Source: the human T2T-CHM13v2.0 reference genome, Homo sapiens. Taken from it: a DNA stretch of 64,000 bases. The notes below the pieces were generated by a model, which was given only the letters and a program-made list of their open reading frames with translations, did no database searches and was not told the origin of the DNA. The DNA lies in the NCBI RefSeq assembly GCF_009914755.1, contig NC_060926.1; one strand, written 5' to 3'. How positions within the stretch are numbered: the stretch's first letter is position 1; each line of letters opens with the position of its first letter. Shown here in pieces: positions 12,589 through 27,010 of this stretch. The translations under genes and the position numbers were made by a program.

Positions 12589-15279
12589 CAGAGCTAGCCT
12601 TTTGTATATGGGCTGCCTTGATGCCAAACCATTACATCTCATTCCTTTCTATTCTTACCTGTGAAGGAGTTAAAACAATGGATGCAATCTGTAAACTGAA
12701 AGCAATTAAACCAGCTTCAGTCCCATGAATGGTTCAGATTTTACACTCTCCAGATAAGGTTTGTCTGAAATAAAATGGCTGAGCCCCAGGAACCTTGATG
12801 TCCTTAAGAAGTCACTGCAACTAAACGCATCTTCTAGATATATTTAGAATGTCAAATTGCAGGCCTCTGAGGGGAAGGGAGTCATGGTTAGTGTTTTGTT
12901 CTGTTTTTTCTTTCTTAATAGAAATTTGCAAAGGATAAGTGTGAGTGAATTTAGGGAAACCTCCAAGTGCAAAAATGACAAGAACACCACGCCTCAAACT
13001 ACAATTTGGTGACCACATTATCAAAAGACTAATTGAAGGAAGTAATAAAAATAACACTGTTTGTTTGGGGGGTTGGGGCATGAAAAGCAAGACAGATAGA
13101 GGCTCTTTTGTTTTGTTTTTAATGCAGTAATTTTGTCTCACTCCTTTTTTTATTTTTTAATTCACACTGTGATACGTTTAGATTTTTTTTTAACAGGCAA
13201 TGCTGTTGTTTGGCACACTCAGTTCACACTCTTTCTTTTCCAGTTCTTTCACACATTAAGAAAAAAAAGATTGCTTAAAACTGAAATAATATATCTTAGA
13301 TCTTAATGTATCCCACTTGTCCTGAGAATTTTAATCTCTCACTGGCTATCCTTCTTTTAAAAATAACCCAAATGCAAATTAAAAATAATCAACCAATCTG
13401 TGCTCACAATGTCTTAAATACATTATGCACATGTAACATTTATAAAAGGAACAAATAAGATGATATGAACAGTATTTTTCTTAGTAAGTATACCACGTTG
13501 GCCATTCAGCCTTTTGGTAACTGGTGACAATTGACCCTTTCTGATTTGTTTTGAAAAATATTTTCCTGTTTATAAAATAATATATAATAATCATAGATAA
13601 TATGGAAAATTCAAACTAGAAAAATCCCATCACTTAAGGACAAATGCTTACATATTTAATGTGTATATATTTTGCACAACTGTGCACATATACTGCATAG
13701 ATCAGTTATGCTTTATTTTGATTTTCTTAATATAGAGAAGGATTTGTAACATCTTTGTAAATATTGTTAATGACTGTCATATTCTACTCTATCATGTCTT
13801 AATTTACTTAATCAAACTGCTATTTTTGAGCATTTGTCTGTCTTTAAAATTATTTTCATGTAAATACAACTTTGGCATGGATATGTTTCTAGTATATTTT
13901 CATTAGAATTGATCCTTGAAGTTGGTATTGCTGGGTCAAAGTTAAGTGACATTTTCAGGACTCCAAATACACATTGTGGGATTGCTTTTTAAAATGATCA
14001 TACCATTTGAAATTTTCAACGGTGAACGACCGGCAGTAATCTCACTACAGCAAATGCTGAAATTGAGAGCAAATAAACCTGTTGTGTATTTAGCACTTCA
14101 TTAACTGCTAGTATTTTTTAAAGGACTTACAGTACATTATTTCATTCAGGAAGCCCTGCAAAAAAAGGTGACGAAGTTATTTTTAGACTCTTCTTACAGA
14201 TGGGGCATTTGAGGCCAATAGCAGGCAGATAAATTACCTAAGGACACTCAGTGGAGTTGCCAAGACTTCAGATCACATTTCTGAAACTTTCAGGCTGGTT
14301 ATTTTCCCTCAGCCCCATTTGGCCCTGTCTGTATGAGGAATCCCTCTATCCACTATGCAAACAGATTCATCCTCCTCTATAGCACTAAGACAGGCCCATG
14401 ACCTCCAGTTAGCTACCATGTTTTTCTGTCAAAGGCATTCATTGTGATGAAATCTACTAAATCCTTTTAGCATTATGTACAGGGCTATGCTAATATCAAA
14501 TACCACTAAGAGCTGAAGTTGTCCTTTAAATTATTGAGCTAAATCCCTCATGTTATAGATGAAGGAAATTGAGGAAGCGACATGCAACATACTAGATCAG
14601 CAAGTAAAGCACTTCATGTTCACCACCGTTAGTAAATCTAGAGTGCACATGAAGGAGGCAAAGCTAAACCCACGTGTGTCTGGCACACAACAGAAAGCCA
14701 ACCGTATTGGGTTTCTCATTTTTCTTCTCTTATATTCTGTCTTCCTTGGCCACGCATTGTTGCCGTGAGATTCTTCACCAGAAGCATGTGATGAAATCCC
14801 ACTTCTACCTCTCAGTTCTCACAAGAGGTTATCTAATTTGTAAACTGATTTCATATCATTAACTGGTGGTAATTAGAATGTCAACATTGTAATTCATTTA
14901 GTCATCATCAGTGACTTTCTTTTGCTCTATGACCTTCATTGCTACATTTTTAAGTTATCTTTTTAAAGATGGATGTAATGGCACTAAATAAAAAAATTTT
15001 TAAAGAAAAATCCCACAATGCTTCTATACTAGCATATTTATTTAGGCATTTGTTTATTCTATTTTATTATCTTCCATGTACATATAGAACAGGTACATTT
15101 TTATTACATTTTGAATTCAGATTGTATGCTGTTTCCCTTAGCATGTCATACAATTTTTAAGTTTACATTTTATTTACAATTAGGAATGACAGCAGTTGTG
15201 TAAGATGTCATTGCACATACATACAAAATGTATTGGCCAAACTGTGATATTGAATAGAGGCTATTTATATTTTTTTTAC

Positions 15280-15284
15280 CTTCC

Positions 15285-15336
<52 letters not shown>

Positions 15337-15564
15337 TCCATTCTTTCCTTCCTTCCTTCTTTCTTTCTCTCTTTCTTTTTGCTTTCTTTCTTCTTTTTCT
15401 TTCTCTCTCTTTCTTTTACTTTCTCTTTTCTTTCTTCTTTCTTCTTTCTCTTTCTTTCTTCTTTCTCTTTCTTTCTCTTTCTTTTACTCTTTCTCTTTTC
15501 TTTCTTCTTTATCTCTCTCTTTCTTTCTCTCTCTCTCTCTCGCCTTCCTTCCTTCCTTTCTTCC
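15280..15564. repeat. (TTTC)n / CT-rich low-complexity tract (expanded Alu tail)
   Basis: About 285 bp of almost pure pyrimidine abutting the 3' end of an antisense Alu. Confidence 0.95.
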
Positions 15565-15868
<304 letters not shown>

Positions 15869-18800
15869 TAAAAACAAAATTGCAATGAATATCCTAGTGC
15901 ACTTTTAAGATTCTATTGTTAACAAAACTTCCTTATGATAAACTCTATATTTAGAAAAATATCCCTATAATCACTTCACAAAAGTGACATAGGGTAACAA
16001 AGTATTAAAATTTTGGCAAATCTTGACATGCACGTAATAATTTCCTCCCCAGAAGACACTGATATTTCTACAGATTTTTAAACTAATTAATTGAACTTTC
16101 AAATAATAATTGTATGTATTTGTTGAGTACAAAGTGAGATTTTGCTGCAAAAGATCATATCATACTCCATAAGCATATCCAACTATTATGATACAGATAT
16201 CTGAAGTTCTAGATTATAATTCATTCATTTTTTGTAGGTTTTAAAGTTGTGAGCTTTCTAGCAAAAGAAAGACAACTTATTCTTGTACCAATGAAACAAG
16301 CCCCTGTGCTGAGGTATGGTTTGGGGGAGATAGGACAGGATGTGGTTCATCTCCTTAGAACATTTTCAAGGGAGGAAGATGAGCCAACTTTGGCCTCATT
16401 TTTTTCAGGTCTGAATCGCAAAGTGAGAAAAGGTCAGACCAATCTGGAGCTTTAAGTTAGGTCAGAGCTACAGAGCCATCCCTGGTTCTGTGTTTCCCCA
16501 CTCAGTGACTCTTCTGAGTCACTTCCCTAGTCTGGGAGTGACTTAGAAGAGAAAGCCACCCCAATCCACAGATTGCCCTAACCTCTCACATTTGGGACTG
16601 GAGGATACCTGATAAAGATGTAAATAAATGCTTTTATAAAACAACAGACATTCTCTTTTTAAAGATGCTAGAATCCAGAGAAAACCTCGAATCTTGCCAA
16701 TTTGTTTACAATAACATGTATAGTCCATTATACTCCATAGTAGGTTTTGAAGGAGACTTTCCTGTGTATATGGTGACACTCAATATAATCCTTTAAGACG
16801 TCAATGCTCAGCCGATTTAGAACTCTTTAAGTGCATTAACTATTGTGAGGCTTTAGTAACAGCAGTGTTTAATCAGTTCTTTTGTTAAAGCATTTGTCCT
16901 AAGCCATTTCATGTCAAAAGAATGTTTTATCTAGTTGTAAGCTAAGTGGAAAGGTCTATACATTGATCTTTGGAGTTTAACATCTTTCCAAAGAAGTGAC
17001 TTGATTTTTTGCAAATTCAGTCATATTTTCCCAGTCTTGCTACTTGGGTTGCTCCAGAAATTTAAGAAATTGGTCATGGGTGGAACTGCTTTGCTTGTAA
17101 GTCACTCCCTGAACTAGCCAAATATTGGGTCTTGCTCTCTTCTAGGCTACACTTACGCTTAAGTGTATTTGAAAGGGAGTAAACCAAAAATATGATGGCA
17201 AATAGTTAGAAGTTATGACACTTAAAAATATCATCATTTTTTTATTTCTATGCTTTAATAGTAATGTCTATATTCTTGTTTAAGCCTAAATATGAAAATG
17301 ACCCCACTTCCGATTAACATTTTGTCTTCTGCACTCAATCCTTCCTTCTGACCCATGTAAAATATAGACAACATGGACACATTCACTAATTATTCTTCTC
17401 ATTGAGTCCATAGGCTTCCCATACACACAACATTCATTCTAGTTCATTGGAAGGTTTCAATTTTCCCCAGCACATGGCACACAGATTCACAAATTTGGGC
17501 CTTTGCCTTCCCTGGAACTTCTTCCTTTGCTTCCATGCCAGATGAACTGTTATTCGTCAGCTCTGGATTCACCAAATCTTGTTGTTCTAGCTTAGTCATC
17601 TTGGTGCCTGCTTCACCATCCACATGTGGGAACATCATAAGGACAGGAAGCATGTATTGTTCATTTTCTAGCCAGAGAAACTGTATAAGTTGTTCTTGTT
17701 TGACTCTTCCTATCCACAGGCTAACCTCCACAGCAAAAGGTTTAGAACTACAACAATACAGAATCCTCGGGATTCTGTAATTCAGTATCAGCATCACAGA
17801 CATCAATGGAAATTGCTCAAGGAGAAAGTAGGTGCAATGCCTTTGTCCATGTCCTCATGATCTACTGCTATACAGAAATAACTCAAGTGAACAGAAGAGG
17901 ATGTGCCTGCATGCCATAATTGCAAGTCTTGCTAATAGTAGTCAACTAACCTCAATTCTTAAATCAGTCCAGGTGGAGAAATGTGATCTTCTGTGAATGA
18001 AACAGAAGTTACCAAAGTCTTTGATTTCCTTTTTGTTATAACACATTATTAAATGATGTTATCATCTTCCCACATTTGCCTCTAACCCATTTGATCTGGG
18101 AATGCTTTATTTTCTGTTTAATGGGAGAACAAATGTCAGTACAGAGTTATGCAAATGGTTCAAAAATGGTGAGCTGAAATCATTAAATTCCCCCATATAA
18201 AAAGTTTGATTAAAATTAAATTGGATACATGTTTTATTTATATATACTCTTTTCCCAAAATCTAATTGAATCCTATTCAATCCCATAAATCTGAAATTGC
18301 ACACTGGTAATCCCTAGATTCATGCTGAATTTAGTTCTCATTTTTACCCAGTGAAAATCTGCTAGACAACCAGAGTATGGATTTTCAAATCAATTAATCA
18401 GATGTTCTGACAAACAAGAAAAAGGTGAAAATAACATTTTATATGTAATCCCAAGAGTATAGCCAAAAGATTTCTAAGAAACCAACTGAAGTTTCTCCAT
18501 CCTCATTACTGCTATAAACAAATGCTTCCTGGGGATATACACAGGAGATGATTCTTTCCTAAACTAGAAATAATATCATACCAAAGAAAGAATGCTATTC
18601 ATAGGAAGTGGGGATAGAGTCAGCAAGTTATAAATATAGAATTTCCTTGATAAATATTTGTCTGGTAAATTTAGCACTAAACTTTGAAATTCAGCACCTA
18701 CAATTCTGATCTTCCTCCATCTCTAATCATTTAACAAAAATCAGAGCTACAACATTTTGCTTTTTTTCTAAAGTCTTCTTTAAATAAATAAGTGCTCCAT

Positions 18801-19035
18801 CTTTTTCCCCTGATAAATTTTTATGGCTTTATTGTGCCTATTCTTTTTGGTTGTATTGACAAAAAATTGTCTTTACTGTGAGGCATTGCAGTTTAGTTTC
18901 TGAAACTTGCTATTAATTTTTTCAGAAAATACATCATCATTGTCCACTAGAAACAAGTTTCCAGACACATGTGAAACATGTAGAAAATGTGCACTGGTCA
19001 CATTCTAAATATCTTGTTTCCCCAAGGGAGTGTGA

Positions 19036-19359
19036 TTTTTTAGTTCGTTTGTTTGTTTTTATTTTTTTTAGAGACAAGTTCTCCCTCTGTCTTGAGGCTG
19101 AAGGGCAGTGGCGTGATCATAGCTAACTTCAACCTCGGGATCCTGTGCTCAAGTGATCCTCCCACCTCAGCCTCCAGAGTAGCTGGGACTACAGGTGTGT
19201 GCCACGTCACCTGGCTAATTATTTTTATTATTATTATTTTGTATAGACAAGGTCTTGCTATATTGCCCAGCCTGGTCTCAAACTCCTGGCTTCAAGTGAT
19301 GCCCCCACCTCTGCTTCTCAAGGTGTTGTGATTACAGGCATGAGCTACTGTGCCCTGCC
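19036..19359 (-). mobile_element. AluJ
   Basis: Diverged antisense Alu with CTCAAGTGATCCTCCCACC. Confidence 0.88.
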
Positions 19360-20457
19360 CATAATTATCATCAATAGAGACAATGACTATATGATCTTGC
19401 CACACTTACAAAGCTTTGCTATGAGAGAGGCAACAAAATATTCCCGACGAAGGCTTGCTGGGTGTTAAGGTGTCATATTTAGTGCCACCTAATTATCAGT
19501 AACAGTAACTATTTAATGAGTGCTGCAGGCACTAGGCATTGCATTTCATTTACCTCACCTCTGATTTTCACAACACTTTGTGATTTCCTGCCATCCCATT
19601 TTACAGATACAAATAATTTATATAATTTGCCTTCTATATCATATATGTCAAGTGAGGTGAAAAGCATGTGCCCAATACTCTGAATACGAAATCTCAAATC
19701 CATAAGTTTCTTTGAGTAAAGTGTTAGAAACACCTAAAGAAAAAACATACGTTGAATGGAGAAGCAACACATTATCTCACTGTAATTACTAACGCATCTA
19801 TAAGAATTTGTTTATCTGATTAGAAATGACCTGACTGACTTTTGGAGCCAAACAACTATGAAATATAAAACCACTAGCCACTCCCCTCCTTAAAACAAAC
19901 AAATTCTCCAATACCAGTTTCTTCTTCAACAATAAACACAATATCAAACCCTTCACACTTACATAGTCTGGCTCTTAGCTAAATCACCTATCCACTTGGT
20001 GGTCACAGTAATTCTGGTTGTCTTCCTTCTAGTCATTCTGTTTCCATCCTGAAGTCAACTAACCACACAAGCACACCATCCTCCTCCCGTCTCTCAGCCC
20101 ACCACATAAGTCATTTTTTCTGGGAATCTTTCCTGACCCCAAGATGAGGTGGAGTCCTCTTTGAGGTGTGATCACATTCCTACTGCACTGGAGTTGTTCT
20201 CCTTGTCATGTAATGTAATTGTAATTAGTTGTGTTACAGGGACAAAACTTACTAAATCATGAGTTTTCATGAGCCTTCATAGTTGTTCTCCTTCTGTTTG
20301 TCCACTTTCTGTGCTTTCGTTGTGTTGATCCAGGTATTGGGCGAGTTGGAGACCTGGATAAACTGTAGAGATTTTTGGTCAGAGAGAGAGAGAGACAGAG
20401 AGACAGATTGATAAATATTAAGAAAATAGGAAAAAATGTTTAAAAAATGCTAAAAGT

Positions 20458-20764
<307 letters not shown>

Positions 20765-21278
20765 CTAAAAGTAAAATGACAACGGGAGTTCTTTATACTA
20801 TTTTTGCAACTTTTCTGTAAGTTTGAAAATATGTCACAATACTAAAATATAAGTATTCACAAAAACATGCAGTGATACTGAGCTGTCAGAATTTTTTGGA
20901 AGGTAATAAAGACTGATCGATAATCACTAATCCTAAGATATCAGAGAAGTGATAAGCACTGCATGATATTTATTCTATATTTTTAAGGGAAGTGAGATGG
21001 GTAATAATTTGAAGTCTCAAATGCAACTTGGTGAGCAGAAATGGTTTCAACCCCCTGTAATAGGCATCACTAAATCTACATATACAGCCTGTATTTTCTA
21101 AGATTTCAGAGATAGTGTTGTTAGTCTTATCCCACAGTATCTGGCACATCAAAAGGTCTTGATAAAAATAAAAAATAATAATAATCCTGAATGGATGAAT
21201 GAACCATCATGCCCCCTAATGTATAGTCCTTCTATACGTTGTATCCTATTCTAGTAGGATACACTTACTAGACTCTAT

Positions 21279-21773
21279 CAGAGGTCAACAAACCTTTTCT
21301 GGGGAGTCAGATAGTAACTAATTTAGGCTTTGTAGGTCAGATCTTTTTTTTTTTTTTTTTTTTTTTTTCGGAGACAGTCTCATTCTATCACCTAGGCTGG
21401 AGTGCAGCGCTGCCATCTCGATCTAGGCTGACTGCAACCTCCACCTCCTGCAACCTCTGCCTCCCAGGTTCAAGCGATTCTCTGCAGATCACATAGATTC
21501 TGTGGTAACTTCTGAACTTCACAATTGTGGTGCAAAAGCAGCTGTAGATTAAATAACACAAACAAATTAGCATGGTAATGTTAAAAAAAACACACAATTT
21601 ATGGTGGATTTGAATTTGAATTTGAATTTTATGTAATTTGCATGTGTCACAGATGTTATTCTTTTCTTGATTCTCTTCAACTATTAAAAAATGTAGTGAT
21701 CATTCAAGCTTACGAACTTACAAAAGTAAGCAGCCGACCAGTTTGGGGTTGTAGGACAGGGTTTGCTGACTTC
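21279..21773. mobile_element. MER58B-like hAT element interrupted by a truncated Alu
   Basis: CAGAGGTCAACAAAC…GTTTGCTGACTTCT terminal inverted repeats; internal GCAAAAGCAGC and TTGAATTTGAATTT motifs. Confidence 0.75.
21344..21483 (-). mobile_element. 5'-truncated Alu (part of right monomer)
   Basis: Poly-T plus GAGACAGTCTC…TTCAAGCGATTCTC; internal duplication of CTGCAACCTC; CAGATC on both flanks. Confidence 0.85.
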
Positions 21774-24700
21774 TTGAGTATGTCATGTTTTTCTTTTTTT
21801 CTTGTATACCAATCCTCTTTCTTAAATTGAATGAAGCTTGAGCACAGGTACGTGTACTCCTAGCATTTAGTTATACATTGCCAGATTTACAAAAAATCTT
21901 GTGCAAATTGAATCAATATATGCTCCACTTAAATGATATCATATAACTGACTCTTGAAAACCTCCCTATTTTAGCCATTTTTAATTAAAGATGTATTAGG
22001 TCATTTTATATATTACTTACCCTTTAAAATAAATTTTCCTTCATGCAAAAGGAAAAATAAAAGTATATTGACCGCACAGCAAGTTTCTCTGCTGTTTGAA
22101 TGCCTTTTGTTTTCAGTGCTACATCATGATCTACTAATAATATGCACAGCCTAAGTCCAATTAAACTAGTATGTTTGCAGTGCCTCCAACAGGGCTAAAA
22201 TCGAGAAGTTTTCCATTGAAAGAGGCAGGTGGCATATTTAAAAAATAACAGTAAAAATAAGATGACAATTTGTATTCAATATTTTGGGTTATAAATAATT
22301 ATTATTCTAGGTCTTGTGTGATTTCTTAGTAGATGTAACATCAAAGATATAAACAACAATTTTAAAAACATCATCAGCAGATTTGTTTTTCTGTTTTTGA
22401 TTTGTTTTTGTGCTTTGGTGCCTTCTCCTGCATCCTTTCCCCACTTTCCCACAAATAAACAAGAATTCAGCAGCCTTCAAAGTTTTTCACAGGGCTGCTT
22501 CAAATCTGCTCTACATTTTTTTCTTCCTACTAGTCAGCACACCCCCTGCTGGCTCTAGGCTAACATTCTTTCCACCTTATTAAAAATGCCAATAAAAAGC
22601 AAATTATAAATGTTTTTACTGTGCTTTGTGTGCTGATTTAAATTCAAAAGGGATAAAAGGACATAAATACTAGGGATTAGGTTATATAATAAGATAATCT
22701 TTTGAAATCAGCTCCTTCTTCTTCCAAATAATTTATTCCCTGAAAAATACATCCTTGGAAAATTTTGTAAAAGAGTTTTCCTAGTAGTGGCTATCACAGA
22801 TCATATGTTTAGATGTCAGCTTGACTTAAAAATCAGATGTGCACCTAGGATAGAACAGATACCTGCTGTTCTTCATTAATTGCCTTTAAAAAACTGAGTA
22901 ATAGCACATTGGCTGTGAAGCAAGCTATTCCCTGAGAGACAGAAACAAGGCCTTTGTAACACTAAAAATAATTTTTATAGAAGTCAAATTGTCAATCATA
23001 TGTGGACTCAAATGATCAGATTAATTACACACACACATACACACATACTCTACAAACACACAGAAGATTTAGTACATTTATTTCATTTGTGAACACTTGT
23101 GGCACCGAGCAATGACGTGATAACCCAAAAATCTGGTATCAGAAAACACAGGTTCAGATCCTTGCACTTCTAAATAATAGCTTTGTGTTTTGGACAATGT
23201 TACTTAAATTTCAGGAGTCTTAAAAATATCTTTATATGCCAAATGTAGCTAATGATACTGACTTCAGAATTTTGCCATGAATTCTAAATGAGAAAACAAA
23301 GTCAAAATGCCTACTGCAGGTTGATATTTAATGAACACTGTTTCATTTTCTTCTAGAGAAATTAACAAGTAGTAGCTTAAAGGGTATAAATATTTATGGT
23401 TTTTGAGTAGAAATAATTTAATGTTGTGATAAAGATTCAGGAAATGTCCATCTTTTTTTTTTTTTCTCATCTTGTAGTCTTGGCCAACTCTTTAGGTTCC
23501 TAAATTGGCTATTGTCATTACAAACCTCATCCCCTCACAAGATATTGTACATGCTATGGGGAAAACTGCAGGAGCAATGACCTTTTTATTCCCACTCTTC
23601 TCCTTTTCACTAAGAAGATCTCTTTTTCCTCTTGAGTTTTTTTGGTCAGAACTGAGTCACACAGCAAGCACCAGATAATCACTCTGAAAGGGGTATGCAA
23701 TTGCTATGGTAGGCTTACTCCAATTGTGATTTCTTTACCAGCCTGTTTTGGAACCAAGGAAAAAGTTGGAATTGGCTGTTGACCAGGACCTCAATGTCTG
23801 CCACTTGGATGGACTTGAAAGATACAGGATTAAATTGTTCCTCTCCTATAAGCACTTATTACTTGTGTTTGTACATGTCAACTTCCCAGCTAGAAATTGT
23901 GGAAAGTATAAAAAACTTCAGATAGGACCAGGTCATTGATGACATCTATTTGACCAAAAAAAAAAAAAAAATTATACAAGGCTAGGCACATTAGTGTTGC
24001 TCAATAAGTTAATGTTGAGTTAATTAAATTATTGTGATTATTTTGAGAAAAAATCTTGCAGGTTTCCACTGGAATGAGTAATTTTTAGATGTTTGCACTT
24101 ATTTTTTAGATGTTTGCACTTACTTGAACTGGCAAATAAAATGCATTAGAAATCCTGTGATTATGGACTGAATAAATTGTCTTCTCCAGGCTAGGACACA
24201 GCATTTACAACTTGTGTCCATATAACAAAAGTATTTTTAAATGTATGATTCCTTTGAATATGCACAAATACCAAAGCCAGGGATTATCATAATTCACAAT
24301 TCACAGGAATGGAAATGGAATCTCAAAGAGACCAAGTTATATACTCCAGGCCTCGTAATAGTAAGCTGCAAAGCCAAGGCTAATACTTAGAATTTCCTAT
24401 TTTAAGCTCTGAATTATTTTTATTTAATTATCCCAAACAAGTTTCTCCTGAAATGTTATATATATCAAAATGACTTCTTGGTGATTATAGGCAGGAGTTC
24501 TTTTAGAGAGAGACAGAAATAAATGAAAAAGAAAAACTATTTTTGACATATGTTTCTGGATGTGGCATGGCTAGATTTGTATCAATGCAATTATATAGAT
24601 ACTTTAGAGGGTAAATTCCTTCAGAGAAATGAATCTAAATATTGGAGAAATATGTGACTAGGAAAATAAACTATCAGGATATTAACCCTAAACTGCATTT

Positions 24701-26394
24701 TCAGTTTTTTTTTTTAATATAGTTGACATCTTGATTTTAAGGTAAATAAGGATAAATGTCCTTAAAGGAGCCTCTGCATTCTGGTGCAAGGAGTGGATTG
24801 GGGGATCGTTATAACCCCTGAAATAACCGACAAGGACTTTTTGTAGCTAACATTATCAGACATCAACTATTCCTTGAAAATCTACTATGTGTGCTGAAAA
24901 CTCAAAGTTAAATATTCTTCAGGGAACTATTCTTGAGAAATTACTGAGTTCAGGAAACAGAGAATTGTTAGTGGAGTTTGGACTTGAACATTTGCCAGTG
25001 GGAATGAAAAGTCCAGGAAAAGAGGAAAGAGCAGTATATGCAAAGAGCACAGCATCTTACCAGCTGAAAAGCATGCACACCCGGCAAAGGCATCTAAGAG
25101 CAATGGCCGTTGTACTGGCAGGAGGCAGATGACAGAAGATAACTATTTTTGATAGAATAGGGGAGGGGGGGAACCTTCATTTTCTGTGCCCCTATGGGTT
25201 GGAGCCATTAATTCTGTGTGACATTTATCATGTCAATATCCATCTCCTCTTAGTATCCTATCCATAAAATGGAGATGACCAAACGTGCCTTCTATATGCC
25301 TCACAGGAGAATTATAAAATCAATGAGATGAACCACTTGTTGAATATTCCAATGCTAAGATTCCATTTGATGAATGATTCTTTCCCTTCTGTCCATAAGG
25401 AAGAATAGGTGGAAGTGCTCAAGGGAAAATCAAAGAAGCAATGAAATGCCATCCTACCCATTTCATTTCCTTTTTTAAGATTTCAAATATAAGTTTGTCT
25501 TGAGAAGATGGTCAGATTTATCATCTTGAAAATATAGACATTTTCCAGTTTCAAAATTGTCCATTTTTTCCCCATTTTCTGTTAGTATTCAACCTGCTCC
25601 ATCCATGCAGAACTTTTAAGCCTCTTCAAAGCAGAGTGCTCTGCAAAAACGAGTTATTTTTCTATATGGAGAAACATGGGGGAGAAAAGGGAGTTTACTC
25701 AGCTTCTACTTCACCATTTGGAAAGTGGATTTATCAGACTAAAAGCTTTACAAAATAGTTTCAATAGGTAAATATCAATCTGGCTGAAAACAGTTTTTAT
25801 AGTGATTAATATTCTACTGCTAATAAATACTTGCTGGCAAAATGCCCCCAGAAGATGGCATTGTTTACACTATTGTCTGAGAGGAACAGCTGTTTACCCC
25901 TCACTACATTCAGAGCTGCAGTATTCTTACTAAAATGTTAACAAATATTAGACAAATGTCTCACATTTAAGGCTCAACTTGCTCTGAGAACAGGTGTGTT
26001 TGAGGGAGAGGAAAAAAAAGCTACAACTATAAATAGGAGTTTAAATTAGGTGAAATTTATACACTGTGTCTGCATATAGACATATAAATGCAGAGTTTCA
26101 ATATTTACTAATAACTTGAATACCATTCACAGTTCGAGGGCTTCATGGCAAAAAATTTCCTAATTGCCTGTTAATATCTATCTTAAGCACATTTTACTGG
26201 CACAGATAATTAATTTAAAGCCATTCTGCTGGAAGACAAAGCCAACATATTCTATAACTTTTGAAATGTTATATTAAACTAAGCATTTTTGGGGGGTGAT
26301 GTATAGAAGGTGGAATTATATAGTGGAACATTAAACTCAGTGACAAAAGATCTGTGTTGTCTATCATATTCCTATTCATAAAGAGAGGGGTCTT

Positions 26395-27010
26395 GAAGTG
26401 TTGTTAGGGATGTGGAACTAGGGGAAATCTCACACACTGCTAGCGGGGGAGGAGACTTATAAATTGGTACCATCATTTTAAGAATAACAGAAAATACCTG
26501 GTAAAGCTGAAAACAAGCATTTCCTATGGTCCAGAAATTCTACTCTTCAGTATATGAGCAAGAAAAACTAAGAGGCAGGTACAAGATTGTACTTTTTTAA
26601 GGGAAAAATCAACAACCCTGGAAACAATCTGTAGATTCATACATAAAAGAATTAATGAATATATTTTGGCATATTTATGAAATGAAATACAATACAGTAG
26701 TTGTAATAAAATAACTAGGACTTTATGCAGCTGGATGCATACATTTCAAAATTATAATATTAAGTAAATTGCAAGGTGCAAAATGAAAGAACATGACACC
26801 GTTTATGTATTGGTTAAAGACAAAGCACTCTTACATATTGTTCAGGGAGATAAATACGTGTGGTAAAAGTTTAAAAACATTATGTATAGGAATGATATAC
26901 ACCAGATAAGTAAAGTGTTTACTTCTAGGTATGATGGCAGATGAATGGGATCAGAGAAGAATGCAAAAGGAGCTTAAGTTATATCTCTAATATTCTACTT
27001 TTAAAAATGT
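26395..27010 (+). mobile_element. Old L1ME-type 3' region
   Basis: GGATGTGGAACT…CACACTGCT…AAATTGGTACCA…CCAGAAATTCTACTC pattern. Confidence 0.65.

Noticed and set aside
17444-17806. 120-aa minus-strand ORF in unique sequence upstream of CNTNAP5
   Set aside because: No recognisable homology or clear exon boundaries, and its length is compatible with chance. It could overlap a divergent lncRNA, but that cannot be supported from sequence alone.
18690-18700. RE1 left half-site TTCAGCACC (also on the minus strand near 49643-49651)
   Set aside because: No GGACAG right half-site at canonical or extended spacing.
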